From NCBI GenBank assembly GCA_031423015.1, contig JANPER010000176.1, positions 4,759-68,758 of the forward strand: a stretch of 64,000 nt of DNA, given 5' to 3'. Shown one piece after another: positions 40,895-49,096 of this stretch; positions within the stretch are counted from its first letter, which is position 1, and each line of letters starts with the position of its first letter. Under the pieces are notes generated by a model. That model saw only the letters and a program-made list of their open reading frames with translations, ran no database searches and had not been told where the DNA came from. The translations under genes were made by a program, and so were the position numbers. The stretch comes from Planctomycetota bacterium. GTDB taxonomy: Bacteria > Planctomycetota > UBA1135 > UBA2386.

Positions 40895-42336
40895 TGCAAC
40901 CGTGCGGGCTCGGCGAGCGCGTGCGGCATCCGACGTTCGGATCAGGCACCGTGCTGTCGCTGCGCCCGGCTGACCGCGCGCTCGTGCGCTTCGACCGTGC
41001 GGTCGAACTGCCGACGACCGTGTCGCGCGGCCATCTCTTGGCCCTCGACAAGACCCCTGGCCAGGCGCCGCACAAGACGCCTGAGAAGACGCCGAGCAAG
41101 ACAAGAGCAAGACCGCGCGCGCGCCCCGCGCCGCCGACAACCGCTGAGAAGGCGACCGCCCTGGTAGCCGCGCAGTCCGTGCCCGAGCTGATGATCAGCC
41201 GCGATCGTGTCGACGTGCGCCAAAGCCTGGAGGCGCTCCGCCTCGGCGTCGTGCCGCAACATGGCCTCAGCGAGTACACGGTCGGACGCCACGCCGAGCT
41301 TGCGAGTCTCAGCGCGCTGCTCGATCAGGGCCATGGCTTGCGCACGCTTTGGGGCGACTATGGCAGCGGCAAGACCCACCTACTCGAGGTCACCGAACAG
41401 CTCGCGCGTTCCCGCGGCTTCGCCACCGCGCGCATCGTGCTGGATCCACGCGAGGTGCCACCGACCAACCCCGCACGGCTCTACGCCGAAGTGGCGCGCT
41501 CCCTGCATCTGCCGGACGGCACCGCGCGGGGACTCGAAGCCCTGGCGCAGGCACTTGCGACCAGCGCCGCGCACCGCGAGCCGGATGGCAAGAGCTTCAG
41601 CCGCTTTCTCTCGCCGTACCTGCATGCGCTGCACACGCGCGCTGCCGAAGCGACCGAGCTCCTGCGCGACTACGTGCACGCCGAGCCGATCGACGCCGCG
41701 CAGGTGAACCGCCAACTGCAGGCCACCGGCTGGCGCGGCCCGCGCGTACTGACGATGTCGGACTACCGCACCTATGGGCGCATGTACCTGCACTTGCTGG
41801 GCACCATCGCCTGCTGGGCCAAAGATGCCGGGCACCGCGGCCTGGTGCTGCTGTGCGACGAGGTCGAGTACGTCGATTCGCTCGACTCGGCGGAAGCGCA
41901 GTTCGCGCTCGAGGTGCTGCGGCACTTCGCGGCGGTAACGCTGCCGCGCAGCCAGCTCGCGTTCGATCCCGACGGCCTGTATCGCGGCGGCCATGACGTG
42001 CATCGTCAGCTGCCGCTGCGCTATGCCGACGAGCAGCCGCTGGTGCTGGTGTTTGCGCTCACGCCGCTCGACGACGTGCGGAAGACCTTCGCGACGATCC
42101 TCGCGAGCGACGCGTGCGCACTCTGGCTCGCCCCGCTGACCAAGGCGAACCTCGATGAACTGTTCAGCAAGACGATCGCGCTGTACTGCCGCGGCTATCC
42201 CGAGAGCGACCCGGCGCTGTACGACGCGCAGCAGATCCGCAGCCGGGTCCTCAGCGCCGACGGCGCGGCGCAGAGCATCCGCGGCATCGTGCAGGGCACG
42301 GTGCTCGTGCTCGACGAGCTGCGGCTTTGCCGGTAG
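40894..42336 (+). CDS. BrxD/DUF2791-like P-loop ATPase 2 with N-terminal Tudor/SH3-like domain
   Basis: ATG 40894; GERVRHPTFGSGTV; LEALRLGVVP..VGR; GDYGSGKTHLL; LVLLCDEVE. Confidence 0.85.
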   Translation: MQPCGLGERVRHPTFGSGTVLSLRPADRALVRFDRAVELPTTVSRGHLLALDKTPGQAPHKTPEKTPSKTRARPRARPAPPTTAEKATALVAAQSVPELMISRDRVDVRQSLEALRLGVVPQHGLSEYTVGRHAELASLSALLDQGHGLRTLWGDYGSGKTHLLEVTEQLARSRGFATARIVLDPREVPPTNPARLYAEVARSLHLPDGTARGLEALAQALATSAAHREPDGKSFSRFLSPYLHALHTRAAEATELLRDYVHAEPIDAAQVNRQLQATGWRGPRVLTMSDYRTYGRMYLHLLGTIACWAKDAGHRGLVLLCDEVEYVDSLDSAEAQFALEVLRHFAAVTLPRSQLAFDPDGLYRGGHDVHRQLPLRYADEQPLVLVFALTPLDDVRKTFATILASDACALWLAPLTKANLDELFSKTIALYCRGYPESDPALYDAQQIRSRVLSADGAAQSIRGIVQGTVLVLDELRLCR

Positions 42337-42338
42337 CC

Positions 42339-44360
42339 ATGCCGGGCAACCCGCCGAGCGATCTCTCGAGCAACCCTTCGAGCGATCTGCGCCGTCTGCT
42401 GCCCCGCACCTACGGGGCATTCTTGGCGCGGTTTCCTGCGGCGACCGAAGTGCAGCGACAGGCGATCCCCGCGATCCTGCGCGGCGCCGACACGCTGCTC
42501 AGCGCGCCGACGGCTTCTGGCAAGACCGAGGCATTCGCCGCGCCGACCGCAGAACTCTTGCTGGCGGCGCAGGCCGCGCAGCCGCAGGCGCTGTTCGTGA
42601 GTCCGACGCGCGCCTTGGCCAACGACCTCAAGCGCCGGCTCGAAGGTCGCTTCGCCGACGTCGACCTCACCTTCGGTCGCTACACCGGCGAGCACAAGGA
42701 GCGCGTGGCGGGGCAGTTGCCTGCGGTGACCGTCACCACGCCCGAAGCGCTCGACGCCCTGCTGGCGCGTCGGCCCCACGTGCTGCGCCGGGTGCGGCTG
42801 ATCGTGCTCGACGAGGTACACGTGCTCGACGGCACGCCGCGCGGCGACCAAGTGCGCATCCTGTTGCATCGCCTCGAGCAGGTCACCGAGCTGCGGCCGC
42901 AGCGCATCGTCGCGAGCGCCACGCTGCCAGATCCCGCGGCGACGGCCGAGCGTTACCTGCGGGAACCGACCCTCGTCACCGCCGGCGGCGGCCGCAAGAT
43001 CACCGGCAAGCTGTTCGTTGGTCGCACCAGCCAGGCGCTGGCAAGTCACCTCGAAGAACTCGCGGCGCACGGCTTTCGCAAGGTGCTGGTGTTCTGCAAC
43101 CGCCGCGCCGACGTCGAGGACCACGCCTCGTGGCTGCGCGGGCGCACGCGCTTCGGCGCCGCGGTGTTCGCGCATCACGGGTCGCTCGGCCAAGCCGAAC
43201 GCGAGCGCGCCGAGCGGCAGTTCTTGACGGCTGAGGCCGCGGTGGCCATCGCGACGATGACCCTGGAGCTCGGCATCGACATCGGCAGCATCGACTACGT
43301 CCTGCTCGCGGGCCCGCCGCCGAGCGTGATGAACCTGATGCAGCGCATCGGCCGCGGCAACCGACGCACCAGCCGCACGCGTTGCGGCTACGCCGTCGAG
43401 TCGCCCACCGAAGAGCTGCTCTGCCGCACGTTGCTCGCCGCGGCGGCGCAGGGTGAGCTGCTCGCCAGCGGTTACGCGTTCCGGCCGAGTGTCATCGTGC
43501 AGCAAGCGATCGTGATCGCCGGCGCGCGCGGCTGGATCGATGCCGAAGTGCTGGAGCGCGCCCTGCCGCGCTGGGCGCACAAAGCCCTCTTGCCGGCCAC
43601 TGTGTCGGATCTGCTCGCCGCGATGGTCGACACCAAGCTGCTCGAGGCCAGCGGCGGCGGCCGCTTCGTGCTCCGCGAGGCGATCGACCAGCGCTACCAG
43701 ATCGGCGTATGCCACTCGAACCTGGCGGACGAGGCGACGCTCGATGTCGTCGACCGACTCACCGGCGACATCGTCGGCCATGTCGCGACGACCCTGAGCC
43801 CGCGTCTACGCCTCGCCGGCCGCGGCCGCACCATCGTCGCGCAGTCGGCGGGACGCATTCTGAGTGACCCCGGGCGACACGCGGAGCGCGCTCAGTTCGT
43901 GGCGCGAGGCATTCCGACCGTGTCTCTAGCGCTGGCGCGGCGCGTGGTCCAAACCCTCGATGTCGAACCCGACGCAATCCACCAGGTGCTGCACGCAGGC
44001 AGCGTCGTGCTGCTGCACGGGCTCGGCACGCTCGGGGCCCTGTTCCTCGAGAGCTTGCTCAGAACGACTGGCACCGTGCAGCGCATGACGCCCTACGTCG
44101 CGCACCTCGCGCGGCCGCTGCAAGCGCTCCCCACACCGACCCACGCGCTCGTGGTGCGCCATGTGCAAGAGCACGCAGCCAAGCTGGCACAGCTCTGCGC
44201 GATGGGACCCTGGCACCGCCATCTGCCGCAGGCCGTATGCGAGCGTGCGGTGGCGCAAGCGTCGGGACTGGACGCGGTCGCGCGGGTGCTCGTGGCGTGC
44301 CGGCTGGTGACCATGGAAACCACGACGGTGGCACAGGCGCGGTATCTCGGGTCGCTGTAG
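42339..44360 (+). CDS. Lhr-like DEAD/DEAH helicase
   Basis: APTASGKTEA, SPTRALAND, DEVH, SAT, HHGSL, TLELGIDIG, QRIGRGNR. Confidence 0.92.
   Translation: MPGNPPSDLSSNPSSDLRRLLPRTYGAFLARFPAATEVQRQAIPAILRGADTLLSAPTASGKTEAFAAPTAELLLAAQAAQPQALFVSPTRALANDLKRRLEGRFADVDLTFGRYTGEHKERVAGQLPAVTVTTPEALDALLARRPHVLRRVRLIVLDEVHVLDGTPRGDQVRILLHRLEQVTELRPQRIVASATLPDPAATAERYLREPTLVTAGGGRKITGKLFVGRTSQALASHLEELAAHGFRKVLVFCNRRADVEDHASWLRGRTRFGAAVFAHHGSLGQAERERAERQFLTAEAAVAIATMTLELGIDIGSIDYVLLAGPPPSVMNLMQRIGRGNRRTSRTRCGYAVESPTEELLCRTLLAAAAQGELLASGYAFRPSVIVQQAIVIAGARGWIDAEVLERALPRWAHKALLPATVSDLLAAMVDTKLLEASGGGRFVLREAIDQRYQIGVCHSNLADEATLDVVDRLTGDIVGHVATTLSPRLRLAGRGRTIVAQSAGRILSDPGRHAERAQFVARGIPTVSLALARRVVQTLDVEPDAIHQVLHAGSVVLLHGLGTLGALFLESLLRTTGTVQRMTPYVAHLARPLQALPTPTHALVVRHVQEHAAKLAQLCAMGPWHRHLPQAVCERAVAQASGLDAVARVLVACRLVTMETTTVAQARYLGSL
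44165..44257. repeat. 93 bp direct repeat, copy A (inside helicase 3' end)
   Basis: 7 mismatches against 45769-45861 by manual alignment. Confidence 0.9.
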
Positions 44361-44599
44361 CGGCTTCGGCCCCGGCGTCGACGATCCAAGGACTGCGAGC
44401 CGATGTGCAACTACGGCACAACGAACGGCTGTCCGAACCCGCCGCGCACGACGAACTCGGCGCTCGGCCGCGATGCAGGTCCGCGGGCAGGTTAGGTGCA
44501 GGAGACCGGCAAGATGCGCACGCCGTCGCGCGCGATCGTGCCGGCCCCAGGCTGACAACCGACGATTGCCGAAAGGATCCCCGGCGCTACCTTCCGCTC

Positions 44600-44884
44600 A
44601 TGCCTTCCGTCGCCGCCAAGGAGCTCAAGAACCGCCTCGGCCACTTCTTGCGGCTCGTTCGACGCGGCGCGTGTTTCTTGGTGACCGACCACGGCCGCCC
44701 AGTGGCTCAACTCGCGCCGCTCGCAGAGCAGCGCGCACACGACGCGCTCGAGGACGCGCTGCAGGAGGCAGCGGCGCGGGGCGCGGTCACGTTGGCAAAG
44801 AGGCGGAAGCTGTCACCCGTTCGCCCGGTGCGCGTGCGCAAAGGAGCTGAGCTCTCGACGGCGGTGATCGAGGACCGGCGGTGA
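44600..44884 (+). CDS. Phd/YefM-family antitoxin
   Basis: VAAKELKNRLGHFLRLVRRGACFLVTDHGRPVAQL. Confidence 0.9.
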   Translation: MPSVAAKELKNRLGHFLRLVRRGACFLVTDHGRPVAQLAPLAEQRAHDALEDALQEAAARGAVTLAKRRKLSPVRPVRVRKGAELSTAVIEDRR

Positions 44885-45228
44885 CCGCCTTTTTCGACAC
44901 GAGCGCGTTCGTGAAGCGGTACGTGCGCGAGATCGGAAGCGATCACGTGAAGGCAGTGCTGGCGGCCACACGCGATCGCTTGATCCGACGCGTTCGCCGC
45001 GACCTGGAGGAATTCGATCTCATCGAGCTGACACCGGAGATCGCGGCTGACGCCTGTGGACTCGCCCGCCGCCTGCCCTTGCGGGCGTACGACGCGGTCC
45101 AGCTCGGCAGCGTGCTCTGGGTGCGCACGCGCCTTGTCGAGAGCGTCCGCTTCGTTTGCGCCGACCTTCATCTCGCGCAGTTGGCTCGAGACGCAGGCGT
45201 CGATGTCGTGGTACCGGGTGCAGCATGA
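44881..45228 (+). CDS. vapC: VapC PIN toxin, apparently internally deleted
   Basis: FFDTSAFVKRY, LRAYDAVQL, FVCAD; only 115 aa. Confidence 0.75.
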   Translation: MTAFFDTSAFVKRYVREIGSDHVKAVLAATRDRLIRRVRRDLEEFDLIELTPEIAADACGLARRLPLRAYDAVQLGSVLWVRTRLVESVRFVCADLHLAQLARDAGVDVVVPGAA

Positions 45229-45740
45229 CCTACGTGATGGTCGACATCGAGGCCGACGGCCCGATCCCCGGCGACTACTCGATGATCAGCTTCGGCGCCA
45301 TCGCCGTCGAGCCGGCGCTCGATCGAGTGTTCTCAGCGCGCCTGCGTCCGATCTCGGAGCGGTTCGTGCCCGAGGCGCTGGCGGTGAGCGGCTTCTCGCG
45401 CGCGCAGACGCTCGCATTCGAGCCGGCGCTGCCGGTCATGCAGCGGTTCGCGGCGTGGGTGGTCGGTCTGCGCGAACGTCCGATCTTCATCTCGGACAAC
45501 AACGGCTTCGACTGGATGTTCGTGTGCTGGTACTTCCACCACTTCCTCGGCACCAACCCGTTCGGGCACAGCTCCCAGAACCTGGGATCGCTCTACAAGG
45601 GATTGGTCAAGGACGTCACCAAGTCGTTCAAGCACCTGCGGCAGACCAGGCACACGCACGATCCTGTCGACGATGCCCGCGGCAACGCCGAGGCGCTGTT
45701 GCACATGCGCGATCCGATGGGGTTGAACATCAGTTGGTGA
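45225..45740 (+). CDS. DEDDh 3'-5' exonuclease
   Basis: VMVDIEADGP, NNGFDW, HTHDPVDDA. Confidence 0.85.
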   Translation: MTYVMVDIEADGPIPGDYSMISFGAIAVEPALDRVFSARLRPISERFVPEALAVSGFSRAQTLAFEPALPVMQRFAAWVVGLRERPIFISDNNGFDWMFVCWYFHHFLGTNPFGHSSQNLGSLYKGLVKDVTKSFKHLRQTRHTHDPVDDARGNAEALLHMRDPMGLNISW

Positions 45741-45768
45741 CGGGACAGGCGCACGAGGGTCAGTGAAC

Positions 45769-45861
45769 GCAAGAGCACGAAGCCAGGCTGGCGCAGCTCT
45801 GCGCGATGGGACCCTGGCATCGCCACCTGCCGCAGGCCGTGCGCGAGCGTGCGGTGGCGCA
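45769..45861. repeat. 93 bp direct repeat, copy B (helicase fragment)
   Basis: Matches 44165-44257. Confidence 0.9.
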
Positions 45862-46291
45862 GGACCCACCGCGGCGAGGTGGCATCAGCCAAGACGGCAA
45901 CGCCTGGCTCTACCTGACCGATGGGCAGTACACCAGGGAATCGCGCTACCTGGTGCAGGAGAACCAGCAGTGGCCGACATCGCCGCCTGCGCTACCCGAG
46001 TCGTACCACGTATTGGTCGCGGGCAATGGCGACTTGGTGCATCTGGCACGAGTGCCACTCCATTCATCGACGAGGTGTTCGCGCTCACGCCGCGCGGTGA
46101 CTTCCTCGTGATATGGCAGGAGGATGGCGCGTTGCGGGCGCAAGTGCTGCGTTGAGAGGCATGGCATCACCGTGGCGTGCCCGTCGTGTAGGCGGCGAGC
46201 AGCGCGGCGTGATCACGTAGACTCATGCCAGGATGCGATCACGCGGGGGTGCTCCCCTACTCTCGCTCGCGCCAATCCGAGGACAGTCTCG

Positions 46292-47450
46292 ATGCACAAC
46301 CTGTCAGCCGTTGCCCTGTTCGCGAGCGCTGGGCTCGTATCCCCCCTGTCGTCACAGCCGTTCAGCACTTTGGTAGGCAACCACTGGCCGCTCAGCCGCG
46401 GCGATGCGGCGTTGCCAGAGTTGGAAGATCTGCTGGCCGGTGACATCGATGGCGATGGCGCCGCAGACATCGTTGCCCTCGGCACATCCACCAGCGTCGT
46501 GTACTTGAACGATCGGGTCGGCGGGCTCCGTCTGGGCCAGACGTTGCCAAGCAGTTTCATCAAAACGACCGAGTCGGGGCCTGATGTTGCTCGACAACTC
46601 GGGCGCCGGCACCTTCGCGGTGTCGACCGCCGCGCGCCTGCCAGCTGCACTGCCGGTGTTCGGCGCGATGCTGCTCGCTGCGACGGACCTCGACCGCGAC
46701 GGCGACGATGACCTGCTGCGCACAACCACCTGGCTGCGCAATGACGGGAACGGCCCCACCTTCACTGCCGTCGCGACCGGTGTGAGGATCGACGCCGAGG
46801 ACCTGCGTGTAGCCGACCTGACCGGCGATGGCCGCCTCGACTTGATCGGGACGCCTCGGTCCAGGGGCAGCGTCCCGAGTGTCTACGTTGAACTCGACGG
46901 CGGCTGGACCACGGTAGCTGGCAGCCAAGGTCGGTCGATATCGGCGGCGTAGGATGTTTCTGGTCGTGGAGTCAGCCGCACCGCATGACGTTGCCCGTCG
47001 ATGTCGACGGCGACGGCGACGTGGACGTCGTCGTCGGTTCGACGCTGGAGTTCAGGCCGTCACTTCGGCCGGGTCACCGGCGTGCTGTTCAACTTGAGCC
47101 GCCAACTCACGGCACTACGCCTGGCGCGCGTGGGCTTGTCGTGGCCGCTCGCGGTGCAGGCCGTGGCGCCCGGGTCCTTGGCCCTGTTGATGCTGGCCGC
47201 CAGCGAACTGAGTCCGCGGCTGAGCCTCGGCCCCTTGGGTCAGCTCGGCATCGATCCCAGCACAACGGTGACTCTTCCTGTGGTCTTGGCCGGTGTGGCA
47301 CCGAACCCACAAGAGATCCCGCTGCTGGTGCCCGCAAACTCAGCCTTGGTTGATGTGACGATCTTTGCCCAGGCGCTCGTCGTGCCGCCAGGTGGCACGT
47401 TGCTGGTTGCACACCTGAGCGGCGTGGTACGTGAGAACATCACCTGGTGA
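46292..47450 (+). pseudogene. Fragmented FG-GAP/VCBS repeat protein
   Basis: GDIDGDGAADIV, DLDRDGDDDL, DLTGDGRLDL, DVDGDGDVDVV distributed over four ORFs with frameshifts and a stop. Confidence 0.8.
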
Positions 47451-47508
47451 ACGAGCGCGAGTCCCGCGCCAGCGCGCGCAAGAGCGCCCGTGGGTGCGCG
47501 CAGAACGG

Positions 47509-47775
47509 TCACCAGGCGTCCGCTGCGCGACTCTGCACGCGGATCACTTGGTCGAGCCCGACGGGCCGGCAATGTTTCTGCCGACAGGACCGGCGACATC
47601 TGCGCCGGGGTTCGACGCCGCCATAGGCGCCGAACAGGATCGCGTCGCGCGCCGGATCGAAGGCCATCGCCGCGCTCTGGCGTGAAAGAGGCCTGTTCGT
47701 TGGGATCACCATGGTGCGCGACATCGAGCCGAGAAAACCCAGGTTGCGGTGTAACCAAATCAGTTTGCGAGGCAC
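47509..47775 (-). pseudogene. Possible Kelch-repeat remnant
   Basis: PLSRQSAAMAFDPARDAILFG resembles one Kelch blade. Confidence 0.3.
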
Positions 47776-47907
47776 TCGTGGGTGAAAGACTCAGCCGCCG
47801 TGATCGGCGCCTGACTTGCGGGGCCTCGTCAGTTTCTGTTTGCCCCTCATCACGCGTCCGCGACGACGAGACGGACGTCTGTTCTCTGTCTCTTGGAGGT
47901 TGGCATC

Positions 47908-48366
47908 ATGTTTGCTTTGTCCACTGGGCGCTGGCAGTTGCCAGCAGCCCTTCTCGCAACCGTCCTCGCCGTCGCAGCATGCGGCACGATCGGCGCATCC
48001 GGATTCAGCTCAGCCTGCTACCGCATCTCGGCTGGCTCTGTGAGTCTGTCCTGCACCGAACCGAGCATCAGTTTCGAGGGTGGAGGCTTGTGCGTCATGA
48101 AGAAGCACGCCGCCTGCCCAGACATTACGCGGATCGTGTTTCGGGCCGGCGCCGACCACGGCGGCGACGGTACGGTCGATCAGTCGGTGATCAACATCGA
48201 TGAATCAGCACCTGCGCTCCCGTGGTACGGGGGCACCGTGCGGGGAAGCATCTCGCGTCCAAACGGTGGCTGGCCACCTGGCACCGTCGGGACCCTGCGT
48301 TGGGAAGTCTACAAGGCCGGTCAGGACGGGCCGGTGGCATCTGGTGGCGACGAGAAACCCCTGTGA
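47908..48366 (+). CDS. Hypothetical Cys-rich lipoprotein
   Basis: Lipobox-like VAAC after a hydrophobic stretch. Confidence 0.55.
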   Translation: MFALSTGRWQLPAALLATVLAVAACGTIGASGFSSACYRISAGSVSLSCTEPSISFEGGGLCVMKKHAACPDITRIVFRAGADHGGDGTVDQSVINIDESAPALPWYGGTVRGSISRPNGGWPPGTVGTLRWEVYKAGQDGPVASGGDEKPL

Positions 48367-48374
48367 GAACAACC

Positions 48375-48983
48375 ATGAAGAAGCTCATCACCCTTTCGTG
48401 CGCAACGCTACTTGTCGTGCTTCCCTTGTCCGCAGCGGCCTGGGGTGCGATGCACGTGGCGGCTACGCGTCAGACCGCGGTCAGTGTGGCTGAGATGACG
48501 CGGATCATGACGCCGTTGCTGGCCGACAAGCAACCGCGCCCTGGCTACGGCGTCGCAGGCCTCGCGCCGCTGCCGCGGCGAACCCCGCCCCTTCTTCCCC
48601 TCCCCTACCTGTACGGCGTCTACGAAGACGTCGCTGGTCGAATCGCCCGCGCCTACACTCTCGACCGGTGGACGATCTTGCTCACCCTCGAGCCGTGGAT
48701 AGGAGCTGGCGGTCGTGCGACCTACCGCGATCCGACCTTAATACCGAGCTTCGTCGAGCTCGAGATCGAGTCGCCGCGACAAGGTCATCAGACGCTCCCT
48801 CTTGTGCCTTTCAGCCACGGGATGGACACCGTTTGGGCGACGACGATCAGCGCTTTGGCAGGCGGGTTCGTTGGCCCGATCACATACAAAGTTCGGGCAT
48901 GGGACGCCTCGGTACCGCCGCCTAACCGCACCCCGGACAACGCGTACTTCAACCGCGATCTCCAAGTGAGTCGGCTCGACTGA
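48375..48983 (+). CDS. Hypothetical secreted protein
   Basis: Signal peptide MKKLITLSCATLLVVLPLSAAA; GAGA before the ATG. Confidence 0.65.
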   Translation: MKKLITLSCATLLVVLPLSAAAWGAMHVAATRQTAVSVAEMTRIMTPLLADKQPRPGYGVAGLAPLPRRTPPLLPLPYLYGVYEDVAGRIARAYTLDRWTILLTLEPWIGAGGRATYRDPTLIPSFVELEIESPRQGHQTLPLVPFSHGMDTVWATTISALAGGFVGPITYKVRAWDASVPPPNRTPDNAYFNRDLQVSRLD

Positions 48984-49096
48984 CGGGCTCGGTGCTGAGC
49001 CTTGTGGGCTGTGGCCGCCATCCCGGTTCGCCAAGAGCAACATGCCGAGCCGGCGCGCTGTTCCGCCTGCCGCAGCAGTGGCAAGATGCTGGTCTC

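Noticed and set aside
42346-42390. NPPSDLSSNPSSDL repeat at the helicase N-terminus
   Set aside because: Simple 24-bp duplication in a probably disordered leader; no further signal
38712-44360. Calling the operon a complete BREX system
   Set aside because: No pglX, pglZ or brxC in the window
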